Part shown: positions 1 through 13,917 of the stretch, piece after piece | How positions within the stretch are numbered: the first letter of the stretch is position 1 | Layout: every line of letters starts with the position of its first letter | Origin: Rhynchopus sp. YZ270_cl-10 | Taxonomy: Eukaryota | NCBI GenBank assembly: GCA_964035575.1 | Contig: OZ037833.1 | Span: 992,001-1,056,000, forward strand | Length of the DNA stretch: 64,000 bases | Direction: 5' to 3' | The notes under the pieces: model-generated | The model's input: only the letters and a program-made list of their open reading frames with translations | Told to the model about the DNA's origin: nothing | The model's database searches: none | Program-made: the position numbers and the translations under genes

Positions 1-156
1 CAGACGTCCCAGATCTCCCAGATGTGGCCAGATCTGGCCAGATCTGGCCAGATCTGGGACGTCTGGGAAAAAATTTTTTTTCAAAAAAAAAAAAAATTTT
101 CCCAGATCTGGCCAGATCTGGGCGGCCCAGATCTGGAGATCTGGCCAGATCTGGCA
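1..156. repeat. Array of the palindromic 10-mer GCCAGATCTG; probably the subterminal region of a TE cut by the window edge
   Basis: CCAGATCTGG repeated many times on both sides of an A/T run. Confidence 0.6.
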
Positions 157-513
157 GCATCCGTGCACGGAATGTTATCATCACGCCTTTTTTTAAAAAA
201 AAGTGAATTGTGGTCCACCAAAACGAAGATCTCTAATCACGTTGACACTAAGGAAACAGAAAGAAGAAGAAGAAAAAAATTAAATTAGTTGTAAAGCATA
301 TGCGGAGGCACAGACACTGAACAACGAGCACTACAAGAAAAACAAACCCATATGGAAAGGTGAATATGTGACGCACGTAGGGTGCATTGCCACCCTTTCT
401 AATAAAAGAAAGAAAAATAGACGCAATAGGAAAAGGGTCGTGTGCTAAGGAATGAGACGCACGGACCCACACCTGGCTGGCTCGTTCCCTAACAAAAGGT
501 TGAGGGCCAGGTA

Positions 514-668
514 TTGTTTGTTTGTTTGTTTGTTTGTTTGTTTGTTTGTTTGTTTGTTTGTTTGTTTGTTTGTTTGTTTGTTTGTTTGTTTGTTTGTTTG
601 TTTGTTTGTTTGTTTGTTTGTTTGTTTGTTTGTTTGTTTGTTTGTTTGTTTGTTTGTTTGTTTGTTTG
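514..668. repeat. (TTTG)n microsatellite
   Basis: Perfect tetranucleotide run. Confidence 0.98.
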
Positions 669-1366
669 ATAAATCTGTTGGTGGAGTGTAGCTGTCATTC
701 AGACAGTCTTTCACTATCCAGAAAAACGCACTCGAGAAAAAAAGGGTTTTTTTTTAAATCCGCCCAATCGTTCTATGCGGAGAAATACGTAACTAAAGAA
801 ACAAAAAAAAAAAAAAAAAAAACGGTAGTTATTGATGCAGGCACCTCCGACTGACCCACGTACGATGCCAGCCATCCGGATGAAAGCACAAAAAAAGAGA
901 AGCTGAAAGTACAAACGCCTCACCGGACATGGCGGGACTCAGGCACTGGAAAAAAAAAAAAAGGTGGCAATAAAAGTCGTGGAAGATCGTGCCTAAAAGA
1001 GTAATCGATACACCTAAGTGACCTTAGTTTTTTTTTCAAAGAAGAAAAAATTGTGGTATCATGCACAGACACGCTACATTGAACCAGAGGAGAGAACACT
1101 TCACCACTTCGAAGATAAGGAGTGAAGTTTAAAAAAAATTGGCAAAAAAAAAAAGAAGAAGAACACAATTTGGTGCGAGCGGTCTCACAGTACACCTGAA
1201 TAATGAATTATTTTCATATACATTCTTTTCTAAACGAAAAAGAAGGCAAAGAGGGTGAGACAAATGTACCCTTGCTTATTTTTTTGGTATGTTTTGAAAC
1301 CGATATCAAAACGATAATAAAATAAAAAAACCACCAAAGATTCCACGAGCAGGGCCTCTCTACATT

Positions 1367-1436
1367 GTATACATAAGATCTTTAAAAAAAACAGGGGTTT
1401 TTTCTTCCATATCGTAAGTTAAGATCTTATGTATAC
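1367..1436. repeat. Small inverted-repeat element (micro-MITE)
   Basis: 16-bp perfect IR GTATACATAAGATCTT (1367-1382) / AAGATCTTATGTATAC (1421-1436). Confidence 0.6.
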
Positions 1437-2037
1437 CATGTCTCTAGCAAAAAAAGGGAGGAAAAACTGTTTTTTTTTTTTATTTTTTTTTTGAAAACTT
1501 GGTTGTATTAGTGTAGACACCCGAGGATGAACTCCACTATATTTTTTTTTTTAGGGTGGGAGGAAAAACCCCGTTTTTTTTCCCTCCCACCCCCATATCC
1601 TGGACACAACTCATCCCGAAACACCCTACACAAAAAGCGCTATGCAGTTATCAGAGGGAACTGGTCCTCTCTGTGCAGCATAGCGAAGGGAGTTGTTGGG
1701 AGAGGGGATTAGGATATGAGACTCCATGAGAAAGCAGAGAGAAGGGGGAGAGAGAGAAAAAAAGAAAAAAAAGAAAAAAGAAAAAAAAAAAGAAAAAAAA
1801 AAAAGCTTTTGTCAGATGCATATGACTCTCGTGCACACACACACACACACACACATCAAACAAAAAAGGTGGGGAAAGGTGTAAGGGCAGGAGAGAAAAA
1901 AAAAAAGGGGGCGAGGGGAGAGGGGGGTCTGGAGAAGTTTGGAGAGGAGGCGGGGGAAGGGTTTAAAAGGGGGCAGTGAAGGGGGGAAATAGGTAGAACC
2001 CATTTTAAAAAAAAAAAAAAAAAAATCGAAAGAAAGA

Positions 2038-2573
2038 CAGGGGTCGCGCTAACTTGCTACCGACTACCGTAGATTTTTGGCGATTTTGCTCGGTACGTTT
2101 TTTTTTTGCAAACCGGGGTTTCCTTACTAAAACCGGAGAAACTCATATTTCATAGTAAAGGTACCATAGCGTGTTTTTGCACACACATGTGACCCCACGG
2201 TGGAGAGCAATCGGCTCGCGCAATCAAAAGAAAGCAGAGAAAGGGAAAAGAAAAAAAGACAAAAGTTGGGTACCGTGCGCCTGCGGCGCTACCTACTGTT
2301 CTCAGTCAAAAACACCACAATTTCATCTGAAGTTGGGTTTTCAGACCTGAAAATGACCCTTGTTTAAGAGTACGGGTTCATATTTTGTGAAAATTTAAGT
2401 CACTAAAATTTTGTCCATTTTTCCGTATATGCCCCACCACAGCCTGGGATTGGCTCGGAAATGCCACAAAACACTGTTTTTTTACCCCGTAGTGCACAGC
2501 TGTTTCAGGTACGTTTTTTGGTACCGTTTTTCCATTTTTTCGCCGATTTCCCCCAAAATTAGCGCGACCCCTG
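2038..2573. mobile_element. Non-autonomous hAT-type element
   Basis: 15-bp perfect TIR CAGGGGTCGCGCTAA; 8-bp TSD AAGAAAGA (2030-2037, 2574-2581). Confidence 0.9.
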
Positions 2574-2761
2574 AAGAAAGAGGGGATGTCAGGAGAGGGA
2601 GACAAATTTTTGTGGGGGGGAAAATGGTGATTTTGTCGGTTTTTTTGTTGTTGTTGTTGTTTTTTCTGTTTGAATAATGCTACTTGGTAATAGTGATATC
2701 TTGAGAGGATGCGTTCAGACTACTATTTAATTTGTTGTCAACAATCGTTTACAGTACCTTA

Positions 2762-2921
2762 GGCATACATGCGAAGTGAGTCGCATGCCAGAAATCATTT
2801 TCGTATCATCCGAGAGAGGATTTTTGGTAGGGAACCGGCCAAGTGAGAATGTGCGAGAATAGTGCGAGAATTTTTCGCCAGATCACAAAAAAGTGCGAGA
2901 ATGCGGCTTCGGATGCATGCC
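2762..2921. mobile_element. TA-flanked MITE, related to the 36148-38171 family
   Basis: Imperfect TIR GGCATACATGCGAAG / CTTCGGATGCATGCC, TA on both sides, GTGCGAGAAT subterminal repeats. Confidence 0.7.
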
Positions 2922-3958
2922 TAGGGGTCTGTACTCAATGTTGTTCCCGAAGCCTTTAAGACTGCACTATTTTTTTTGTTTTGTTTTTTGATTGGATATC
3001 TCCTGTCGAAGCAGGTTTGCACAATGACACCCAAAGGCTTTTGAACCAAGATGGTGACGAAACGCAGCCTCAACCCAGAGAAATCACTATTGTAAGATGG
3101 GAAAAAAAAAAAGGTTTTTTGTTTGTTTATTGCATTGGAGAGCAGAGAGGAAAGAAGCAGAGCTTTTCTCACAATAATTCTGACCACTTTTTTTTTTTTT
3201 TTGAAAACTTTGTATTCACGGCCCATATGAAGCCCTCAGGGTACGTTCGTAGTGGGGTATCCCAAATAGGGTTCGTAGGGCCACTGTGTTAGTGTGGCTA
3301 CTTTTTTTTTTTGCTTTTTTTTGACCTTTTTTTTTTACACCGCTTCCAGAAATTTTTGCGAGTTAGCAAAAAAAATCTGAAAGTACACCGTTTTAGTGTA
3401 GGCGCCATTCAGACAGCTCTTCACGGGAAAAAAAAAAACACTCTCAATGAAAACATTTTTTTTCCTCTTTTTTGTACCAGACGTCATCATGACTGATGTT
3501 GAATACCGTTCGGTATCAACACAAAGGGAGATTTTTTAGTGATTTAAGTTAATTTAGTTCTAAAGTGATGGGAAAGGGTGGATGGGGGAGTTTTTTTTTC
3601 TTTTCTTTTCGTTTTGCTATTTATTTATCACAATTAAGTTTGTTTGGTTGCTTGAAATTGGGGAATGTGTGTGGGGAAGGGAACGGGAAGCTGCTGGGAT
3701 GGGGTATGGGGATTTCATTAGGTTATCACGGCTTGCGAAAGAACATTTTGTTTTCCTTCTTTTTTATGACCCCTTTTCAGAACTGTTTTTTTTTTGTTTT
3801 TTTTTTTTTGAGAATCGTTGTGTGGGGAGAGGTAATCACTTTGCCGCAGTGAACTGGAAAGCAGTAAGGTCTCCCCCCTTTTTGATAAATTGTTTGGAGT
3901 AGTGTAGGTTGCCTCGGTAGTGTTGCCACAGTCTGTGCAAATCTACACTTTTTTAATA

Positions 3959-4140
3959 CGTCACCCACTGTGCGATAAATTTTAAAAAAGGTATAACAAA
4001 AATTCTAAAAGAACGCTTTTGGTAAAGGTGAACATCAGCGCAACACTGCTTTGGCCACCACCCTCCCTCCTCTTGACAATTTTTCATTTGACGACAGCCA
4101 TTTTAGGAAGCCATTTTAGGATCTTTTCCCTTGGGTGACG
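3959..4140. mobile_element. Possible TA-flanked MITE
   Basis: TA-CGTCACCCA...TGGGTGACG-TA (9-bp TIR only). Confidence 0.45.
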
Positions 4141-6073
4141 TACGTAATAAATTGAAGGGAGGAAGATACAAAAAGCAGATGAGGGCTAATGTAACTCATA
4201 TTCAATTTCTAATAACGCTGTGTGTAAGCAAAACAAAGAAAAACAAAGAAAAAAAAAAAGAAAACACAATTTGTTTCACATACTTTCAAAACAAAGAGAA
4301 AGTACGACGTATTAAATAGGAACCAATTTTATCGCAAAAAAAAAAAAAATGTGTTTTGGGTGGCATCGCAAAAAATAAAAATAAAAATCCCCATCTTTTT
4401 ACGAAAAAAGAATATTGGAGTGGTTGTTTGCCTCGGTAGTATTGCCACGTCTGTGCAAATATCTGCTTTTTTTTTTTTTTTTTTGTCCTTTTCACCGGAG
4501 TATCTCTTGGTAGTCTGTGATCATCTGATATCTTTCAGATGCACCCTTGGTTTGCCGACCGGCGACGTTCGATCGTTGTCAAGGGGACCGCCTAGAGTAA
4601 TTGAATAAGATGCAAATATAAGAACGCTGTGCTATAACGTGCGGGGGGGAAAAAATACAAGGTGAAGAAAAAAAAATCTTTGTGAAGATTGAACCTAAGC
4701 TTTCTCGGTGCTTTTGGTCGCCTTTATATAGGGAAGTTGAGAGTGCATGACACACACCTTGCGGGACGCAAGGCACGCTCCGTGGATTGATAAAAGAGAA
4801 ATGGCTTGAAAGAGATGAAATGTGCCTCTACCGTCTATTGCGCACATATCCTATTTTTTTTTTTTTTATTCTATTTTTGATAAATTGTTTGGAGTAGTGT
4901 AGTTACCCTCGGTAGTGTTGCCACGAGTTGTGCAATCTCCACTGTCCAAAGTGTATTAGTGTAGACACCCGAGGATGAACTCCACTATTTTTCTAGCTTT
5001 TTTTTTCTTCGATATTCACTCTCGTCACTTTAGCGCTGTGGTAGTAGCGTAGCTGCTCTGTTTGTTTGTTTTTAAACCCTATAGTATACACCCAAGCGCT
5101 ACAAAGTAAAATGCGCTGAATGGAAAAGATGGCTGAGACAATTAGTATTTTGGAAGAAACAAAAAAAGAAAAAAAAGAAAAAAGAAAGCTCAGAGAACAC
5201 ACACGCGATTTGCAAAACAAAGAGAAGTTGAAAGTGCAAACGCCTCACCGTTCATCGGCGGACTCAGGGGCACTGCTTCTCCGCGGGTTATCGAACCCGA
5301 GAGAGCACTTCATTGGTATGCACACACAAAAAAAAAAAAAATATTTTCTTTGAAAACTTGGTAGCGCAGACACCCGAGGATGAGCTCCACTATTTTTGTT
5401 TTCCCTTCTTTTTGTGTTTTGCACAGATTTAGAGCCTTTTTTATTTATTTTTTTTTTTTTGTTCCAAAAAATAACGTTTTATGCTTGGAAGGGTGTGCAG
5501 TATCATTTGCAAGAGTAAAAAAAAAAGGGTTATTTTGTACGCAAGACAAAAATGGAAAAAAAGAAGAAACAAAATACATGGGGCAACAACAGAGTATTTG
5601 AGTATACCATTGGTAAGCAATGTTGTTCCAATGATAATAGGTGAGTTGACGACATCCTCCCCCTTTTTTTGCCAGTTGTGTATGCACATTTAGAAAAGCG
5701 CAGCCTCCTCTTTAGCCCACTGACTCCATTTTCTTGGAGCTTCCAGGACCGCACATGCTTCGTTCCCTAAAAGGAGTGGTATTTTTTTTTTACTGTATTT
5801 TTTTTTGCTGCCATCCGACATAAAAGAAAAGAGAGAAGAAAGAAAAGAAAGCCAGATTCAGGGGGAGAATCCTAAGCCTCTCATGTTTAGTCGCCCTTGA
5901 AAATTTTTGTTTTGATTTTGTTAGACTACTATCACTGTAAACGATAGCAGCCACGATTTTTTCTTCACAGGATCCATAAAAGAAGCGCAAAAAGAAGAGA
6001 AGGCTTTGCTTAGTCTCTTTGAAAAGCAAAAAGGAAAAAAAAAACAGAAGAAAAAAAAACACACAAAAATATT

Positions 6074-7572
6074 CAGGGTAGATCCTTAGCGAAAGTGAAA
6101 ATAAGGATTCGAGATTTTTTATTTTTTTTTCCTTTTTTTTTTTCCTTTTTTCTCTGGCCCATTTTTTTGGTTACCTACTAATTTCCAGGCACAGAGTGGC
6201 ACCACCACGGTCCGCAATCGATCCGGAAAGTCAAAATAAGGGGGAAACCAAAAGGAAAAAAAATAAAAGTTCGCTACCGTTTTTTTGGCTGGCCTTCGGC
6301 CCGCCCCTTAATGCCCCTTTAATATTTGTCTTCAGTTCATAAGACAAGGACCAATGAGTGTCAATTCTCAGTGTCACCTTGCATAAGACGATTTTGAAGC
6401 ATAACCTTGAAGAACACAATTACTATGTCCGCAAACCCGCAAAGCGGACCATTGTAAAAAGGTTGGTGCTGAGGGTGGAGGTTTCGAAGAAGTGCGTGTG
6501 TGTTAAAGGTCGGGTATGGGTCACCTGTACGGAGTATGAGATCCAGTAATAAAGACTTCAACCGGACCAAGGCAGAAACACAACACTGTTCGGCCAAAAT
6601 CCAAAAACCCATAGGGGCCCCAGTATTGTTGTCGAAAATCCCCACTTAATTTTTAGTGAGATTTTGAACTTTGCCCAAAAACTGCGAAAAAAAATTTCCG
6701 CTCGCTGCGCTCGCGGAGGTTCACCCAATGCTGTCTCGCCCACCCAAACTGCTGGTGCATCGGCACTACCTATTTAATTTTGAAAATTTTCTTGCCGGGC
6801 ACTACCACTTTTTTTCAGAATGTTTCTAGAAAGTATTACCCTTGTCAGAGGGCGCAGTGTCCGACAAGGGTCACAGCCAGAATGCGATTTAATTGGTCAA
6901 ATGCCGAAGGAAAAGGAAGCATGGCGAAAGAAAAAAAGTAGCGTACCGTGCCTGCGGCGCAAGATTGCAACCCACCCTTCCCATGACTAGTTTGGCAGTA
7001 AATATCTGCAATTTTGAGCGCAATTTTTAGAAATGTTGCGTACCGTGGCTTCGCCATGGGTGCCACGACCGCCGTTTCTTTTTGTAAATATACTGAGGTC
7101 ACTGCGTGTGCCTGGTGCAAATATCAATGCAGTGCCGAACTCCGCAGTAGAATAACCGCGGAATTCTCACATTCCGCCGGAGGCCCTAACGAGCTGGGTT
7201 GTGCTCGACCGAGTTTCAGCGAAAACCCCCAAAACCTATATTATCCCCTGGGGTCTAGTTCTACGACAGCTGAGATGTGTAAAAAAACACCACTATTCTG
7301 CCTCAGTACGGTACCAACCTGCTTGTTGGATTTTTTTTAGACCGTCACTCATTTTTTCCGCTCGCTGCGCTCGCGGAGGTACACCTTACATTTTTTTTTC
7401 GCACGCTTCGCTCGCGGACAAACCATCAACACCCCACGATTTCCCAAAAACCTGAAAGTTAGCGTCAGGCCTGCGCGGAAAAATTTCAAAAACGGGAGAG
7501 AAAAAAAAAGGAAAAAAACGAAAATAAATCTGGGATTTTTAGCGTTTTTAGCGAAAATAAGGATCTACCCTG
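6074..7572. mobile_element. Non-autonomous hAT-type element (1.5 kb)
   Basis: TIR CAGGGTAGATCCTTA; 8-bp TSD AAAATATT (6066-6073, 7573-7580); carries the shared ~290-bp core at ~6866-7140. Confidence 0.9.
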
Positions 7573-7677
7573 AAAATATTAGTGGGGGGCAAACGAGTGC
7601 ACCACCCTATTTTGTCATTTACTATTGTGACTGTGGATCACAAATGTTCAAGAAAGAAAACAAAGAAAAAAAAAAAA

Positions 7678-7815
7678 AAGTGTCACTTTCCGTTCGCTCA
7701 CCCCCCTTTCTTGTAGTTGTTTTGATGCGTTGACGCTTCCACACACTATCTCACACCGTGTAAGGTGCTAATGTTGCGGAGCACGGTTGGGGTGAGTAAA
7801 CGACGGTTGACACTT
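7678..7815. repeat. ~138-nt self-complementary dispersed repeat, copy 1
   Basis: Near-identical to 13918-14055; nested stems AAGTGTCA/TGACACTT, CTCACCCC/GGGGTGAG, ACCGTG/CACGGT. Confidence 0.85.
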
Positions 7816-10318
7816 CCCCCCCCCAATAAGCCTGAATGTTAGCATTTGGGGAACCCTTCACTATTTTCCTTTGTGCACAAAATTCCATTTTATTTTTTCG
7901 TATCGACAATTCGCCAAAAAAAAAAGGAAGAAGAAAAAAAAAAAGGAAACACATTACATCACAATCCCCTAAGGATAACTTGACTGACAGTGAATGATCG
8001 CAAAAGACAAACTGAGACACCTTCCGAGGTATTTTGCCTGATCTTCCCCTTTTGCTTTCATGGTGAAAATCACTTTTTCACATTTTTTTTTTCAATTTTT
8101 AAAAAAATCAGTGAGGCATTTTTTCCACTACGCAGCAAAGAGGGGAAGGGGAAATATACCCTGCATTGCTTTGATTCTCATGTGTCAAGGGAGGGCATCG
8201 AGAATAAGGTGTTTTGAAAATATTATTTTTTTTGGCTGTTTATGCTTTGGTGTTGTCGATGGGGATAGGGGGAAGGGGGTAAAATGAATTTATGCACAAA
8301 AATAAGGAAGGAAAAGCTGAAGAATGGATATGCCTTTCGTAGCATTGCACATTATTTTTTTTTTTCCACATGGTTCTCGAGGTTCGCGCTCCTGTTGCCG
8401 GGAGCTTGTTTTCTCGTGTGTTGTTCGGAAAATAATGGCATTTCCTCAAAAAATCACTGCAAAAAAAAAGGAGTATTTCTGGCAAAAGAACACAAGACAA
8501 CGTGGCCTTGCAAAGTATTAGTTTCATATACTTTCAGTTCACAGAATTGAAAGTATTTGAGAGGGTCAACACATACACCCTTTTTTTTTGGTTTTAGTCT
8601 AAGTATATAAAATATAAATGAAGGAGAAATTTTGAAAGATGGGACTGACTTCGCGAGAATGGGGGAAGAAGGGAAAGTTTTGCAGGGAAGGAGGGGCAGC
8701 GAGGAAGGAGACATAAAAACGCATCATTTTTGAAATAAAAATAAAAAAAATAAAAGGCAAAGAGATTCTGTAAATCAGACTCTGTACTTTGTCCCATATC
8801 TTTTTTTTTTTTTCTCTTCATCTTGATTTTCTCTGTGATCCCTAATACAATTGTTCCCTCTTTGTGTATGGTATTGTTTTTCTTTTCCTTTTTTGATAAA
8901 TTGTTTGGAGTAGTGTAGTTGCCTCGGGTTGTGTTGCCACATTTGTAGTACTTTGTAAGTTAAGAGGTAGGTGTGTTCTCTACGTAGTCCGATAAGAGGC
9001 TGGGTGCGATCCACAATCCAGAAGCAAAACGAAGAAAAAGTTTGTAAGATGAACATAAGCCTCTCTGTGATTAGCCACCTTGGAAAAAGAAGAAAAAAAA
9101 AAAACATACTCAGATATGTCAAATACACACCAACACGCCTCTCAGAGTGTGTCAAGAGAGAGTATCGAGCTTTAAACATTTCCCTGCATACTTTAGAAAT
9201 ACCCTGGACTTAGCTCATAACGTTTTTTTTGTTTGTTATTTTTCTTTTTTTTTTTTGCTAATTTGTTGGTGGTCTGTAGTGTGTAGTGTAGCTGCCATTC
9301 AGTACAATCCCTCTTTTTTCTTCTTTCTTTCGTATCAACACCACTACAATTAGCTATTGGTCTCCCAGGCTTCACACACACACCTGTGGAAGTAAGTATT
9401 GAAAAGAACAAAACAAACCCTCACAATACACACTTCTTTCAAAAGCTCCCCAAAAAAAGGATAAAATAAAAACTGATATCTGAGTTTTAGCTAGTCTGAT
9501 AAAGAAAGAAACAAAATCAGAAAAAGAATTTTTTTTTCGTTTGATCGCACCGGATTTTTTGTGGAGTGTGTAGGGACAAAAATCAAAAAACTTTTCTGTG
9601 AATAAGTTGTGTCGTGTTTTTTTTTTTTTTTGTGTCGCTCTCACCAAAAATTCGGGCACACCCAGATAACGTTTTTCATTTCCTCCCCCTACCCAGGCAG
9701 TTGTTTCAAAAAAGAAAAAAAAATAGTGAAGTTTGATCGAGATAAACTCGGGCAGATGTTTTTTTTTTTTCTATGTGATGCACGGCACCAATGATCTCAA
9801 CGAGAATGCGACTAAAAAAATGAACTACTAAGACACCAAATACAGGCAACAACGCACCAAAAAGGGGATTTTATAGAAACCGTAAAAAGGTTGGAAAAAA
9901 CAACAGAACGCATCCTGCCTTCTGGAAGGAGGCTGCTATGTGGGACGACAAAATACCCACTGGGAAGGTGGGGGGAGCGAACAGGAAATAACTAAAAAAA
10001 AAAAATCAACAAAAAAAAAAATTCTTTTTAAAAAGAAACAACAACAAATGGTGCCACGGACGGTTCAAGCGCTATGGTTATGGTATTGGGTAGGGGAGCT
10101 TAAGATGTTGTCGACAATCGCCTCCTGACCTAAGGAAAAAAATCAGTACTCTAAAGTCTGAAGGCGTATCGTACTCACAAGATATAGACGCACGCAATTT
10201 TTTCTTTTTCTTTTCTTTTTTTTTTTTTGTTGTACGGAATGCACTCATGGGGTGAGACGAGACTTTGTTGGGTGGGATACAATCGAGGAGCGGGGGGGAA
10301 AAGAAAAGCAGGAAAATT

Positions 10319-10957
10319 CAGGGAAATAGCTTGGGTACTTTTGCTGGTTTCAAAACCAGAACGAGCTGGTTTACTGGTTTGGGGAAAAATAAAAAAAAAA
10401 GTGGGATTCGGGATTCAGTTTTTCGCCTCCCCCGCACCACTTTCCCACTCACAGAAGAAAGCCTCACACGTAAGCGAACCCCTAAAAAGGGTTCATTAAG
10501 TGACTCTGTGGTGTAAAAAGCTGCATGTTTTGCACTATGCCCTAATTTTTTTTTCGCCTGCGGCGCCACTTTATATTAATTTTTTGCTCCGCAAAAAATA
10601 GAGTTTGCAATGTCTTCGGGAATCCCCTTGCATTTTGCAGCCGCAAATGCAACTTGATCAAAGATGCAAAAAGTTGACCATTTTTTCAAAATGACCCACC
10701 GTTGCAACGGCCCCTGCTTCTGGAAGACGTATTGACTTCGTACGGTTAGTGGAAGGTGCAAGACCAAGCGCCGTAAACACAGGATTATATTCCATTTTCT
10801 TTGTTGTCTCGCAAAATTTACCCTTTGCCTCTCCACTTAGTGGTTGTCAGGGAGTCGCGCGCGAAGCGCGCGACGACCGCTTTCAACCGGGGAAAAAATT
10901 TTTCTAAACCAGCAAACCAGCAACATTTGAAAAGTACACCTTTCAAGCTACTACCTG
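10319..10957. mobile_element. Non-autonomous hAT-type element
   Basis: Imperfect TIR CAGGGAAATAGCTTG / CAAGCTACTACCTG; 8-bp TSD GGAAAATT (10311-10318, 10958-10965). Confidence 0.85.
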
Positions 10958-12067
10958 GGAAAATTTCCAAAAAAAAAAAAAAAAATAAAAGAAAGAAAAG
11001 AAAGCACATCTGATCACGGAGAGGGTTCAAAAAAAAAAAAGGCACAGCAAAAGGCTAAGATATTAAAAACATAAAAATTGCGTTCGCATTTTTTGTTTTT
11101 TTTGAGGAATCTTGTTTTGCGTAGTGTCTAAAGTAAACCTTCTCCCTGCAGGATACAAACGCCTCACAAAGACCGCAACCCGAAGGAGTGATACTTAATG
11201 AGGACATGAGCACAACAGACTTTGCGCCTTGAGGCAAAAAAAAACATCCAGCCCTTCCCTGTTTTCCCCCCTTGCAGGTTAACTCTCTCACTCTCTCTCT
11301 CTCTCCTGCTATCGCTCGCTCTCCGTGATTTATCCCGTCCCCTGTCTCCCTCGTTTTTCCATTGGTACCACTCCTTGGTACAGAATAATATGATAAACCA
11401 AACTCCAGGTTGGTTGTGTGGCAATGTATATGATAAGTGGGAACCAAATCAAGAAATGAAGCAAAAATAAAAAAAAATACAAAAAAAAAAGTTGATACTA
11501 TAGCCTCTCTGTGCTTAGTCACCCTTTTTAAAAAAAAATGAGGACGCGTGTGGGTTGTGAAATGTGTCGCGCATTTTTTTTTTTTTTGTTTTGTTTTGAA
11601 GTGATTACTAGTAAATAATTGATAAAAATAAATAATGAAATTTGAGAACAAAAAAAAGTATGCACGCAATGTAATACCTAAACTAATTACGAAACGAAAA
11701 ACAAAAATAAAAAAAAAATACAAACAAAACTTGATATCTGAAATATGCCTTTCGTGGACACATATCAACCCCCCTGGTTGCGACGTGGACGAGGGTACTT
11801 TGCACAAACTGATGGCAAGCATCCTCGAGATTGGTCAGGTTGGGGTATTATTGGGGCAACTGCATTGTCTGGGTAACACAATGCACCGCCCTCTATACTA
11901 ATAAAGAACACAAAACAAAAAAAAAAACAAAAACAAAAACAAAAAAAAACTACTAAAAAGATAGGTTACCTGACACATGAGTGACTAAAGACAATAAATC
12001 TTGACAATGAAGGTGTGCATACCGCTTGGTAACACCATATTTTTTTTTTTTTTTTTGATAAATTGTT

Positions 12068-12364
12068 CAGGCTCTCCGCTAGGATTTCCGATTTTGAAAA
12101 TATTCTGTTGATGGTCCACGTTGGTGGGGTACATGCTTGCGCCGCAGGCGCACGGTACGCAACTTTTTTTTTTACCAACGCCCGATTTTGACTTTTTTGG
12201 GACGTTTGAGCACTCACCTCTCCATATCTTCTTCTCCTGAGCTTTTTTGACAGGTAGAACGGGTCTGAACCACTTAGCAGAACTTTTTTTTTTTTCTTTT
12301 TTTCCCCATTTTCAAAAAGTTCTGTTGACAATCAACAGAACTTTAGTACCTAGCGGAGTGCCTG
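12068..12364. mobile_element. hAT-type MITE, first of a tandem pair
   Basis: TIR CAGGCTCTCCGCTA / TAGCGGAGTGCCTG (13/14); TSD AAATTGTT (12060-12067, 12365-12372). Confidence 0.85.
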
Positions 12365-12372
12365 AAATTGTT

Positions 12373-12858
12373 CAGCCCCTCCGCTACGTTTTCAGATTTT
12401 TTTTGAGTTCTGTTGCGGGGGTTTTTTTTTCACCCTGCGACAGTGTCTTATCCAGGAATTCAGATTTCAAGATTGGGGGGTCAGCTGTTTTTGTGCCCAA
12501 AAATTTTCCAGTCCTGCTGACCAGGGACATTGGGAACATAGGGAACTGTATTTTTTTTTGCGGAGCGAAAAACATCAAACAAATGGCGCCGCAGGCGAAA
12601 AAAAATTTAGGGTACGGGGTAAAAATCTAGCTTTTTACAGCACAGAGTCACACATCGAATCCTTTTTTGCGGAGCAAAAAAGGAAAAATGGCGCCGCAGG
12701 CAAAAAAAATTGAGGTACAGCCTGGATGGTGCGGTCAGCAACCCAGTTCCCCATGGTACTCCAGTGGTTCAACCATGGGATTTTTTTTTTTTTTTTTTTT
12801 CTTTTTTTCAGACTTCTGTTGCGCCGCAACAGAACTTTATACGGTAGCGGAGCCCCTG
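12373..12858. mobile_element. hAT-type MITE, second of a tandem pair
   Basis: TIR CAGCCCCTCCGCTAC / GTAGCGGAGCCCCTG; TSD AAATTGTT (12365-12372, 12859-12866). Confidence 0.85.
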
Positions 12859-13093
12859 AAATTGTTTGGAGTAGTGTAGTTTGCCTCGGTTGTGTTGCCA
12901 CAGTTTGTGCAAATCTCCACTTTTGGTAAGAGGACCTAAGCCTCGTAAACTTCCATAAAAAAAAAAAAAAATTAAAAAAAAAAAAAATCAGAAATAAAAT
13001 AAGAAAACTTGTCTAGGAGGGTCTCGCAGGAGACGCGCAATCATTTTCAAGTTCAAATAAATGGGGCCGTTAATTTGTTTTTCAAAGGATTTT

Positions 13094-13893
13094 CAGGGTA
13101 TTAGCTTGGTACTCAGAATTAGGTTCAAAAACCTAATTCTGAAATTTTTCGGGAAAAAAAAAAAAAAAAAAAAAAAGGCTCTCAGAAGGGGTTCAGGCAC
13201 TTTGGACTCATCAAAAACTACTGAGTGAGGTTACCACGTCGAGGCGAGAGCTTAAACTCCCCAAAAAACTCAAAATCAGGGAATCATAATTTTGCACCCC
13301 ATCCCACATAAATTCCCCCCAGAACATTGCATACATTTATTAACACTATGAAACGCAAGGCCCCGACCAACACCCTACCCACACCCCCGTCACAGCCAGA
13401 ACGCGACTCAATTGGTCAAACACCGAAGGAAAAGGAAGCATGCATCATGGCGAAATTATAAAAGTAGCGTACCGTGCGCCTGCGGCGCAAGATTGCAACC
13501 CACCCTTCCCTGACATAGTTTGGCTGTAAAAATGTGCGATTATGAGCGCAATTTTTTGAAATGTTGCGTACCGTGGCTTCGCTAGGAACCTTTGGGTGCC
13601 ATGACCGCCCTTTCTTTGTTATAAATGTACTGGCTACATACAATTCGTGTACCACGTGTGCCTGGTGCACGAATTGCTATCAATTGGGTTTACAGCCAAG
13701 GGGGTTCAAGGCACACCACAACTGGCCCCAGCCGAAAAAACAACTTTTATTTTGGGTGGGTGGGCGGGAAAAAATGAATCCTCAGTTCAGGAAAAAATTC
13801 CTATATAAAACCCTGTCTATAACCCCACCAAAAAAAAAAATTTTTCAAAAAACCTAATTCTGGAAAAAATCCAAAATCCAAGCTTATACCCTG
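13094..13893. mobile_element. Non-autonomous hAT-type element
   Basis: TIR CAGGGTATTAGCTTGG / CCAAGCTTATACCCTG (15/16); TSD AGGATTTT (13086-13093, 13894-13901); shared core at ~13388-13683. Confidence 0.9.
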
Positions 13894-13917
13894 AGGATTT
13901 TTCAAAAAAAAAAAAAA

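Noticed and set aside
445..854. LFVC/TNKQ ORFs
   Set aside because: (TTTG)n microsatellite.
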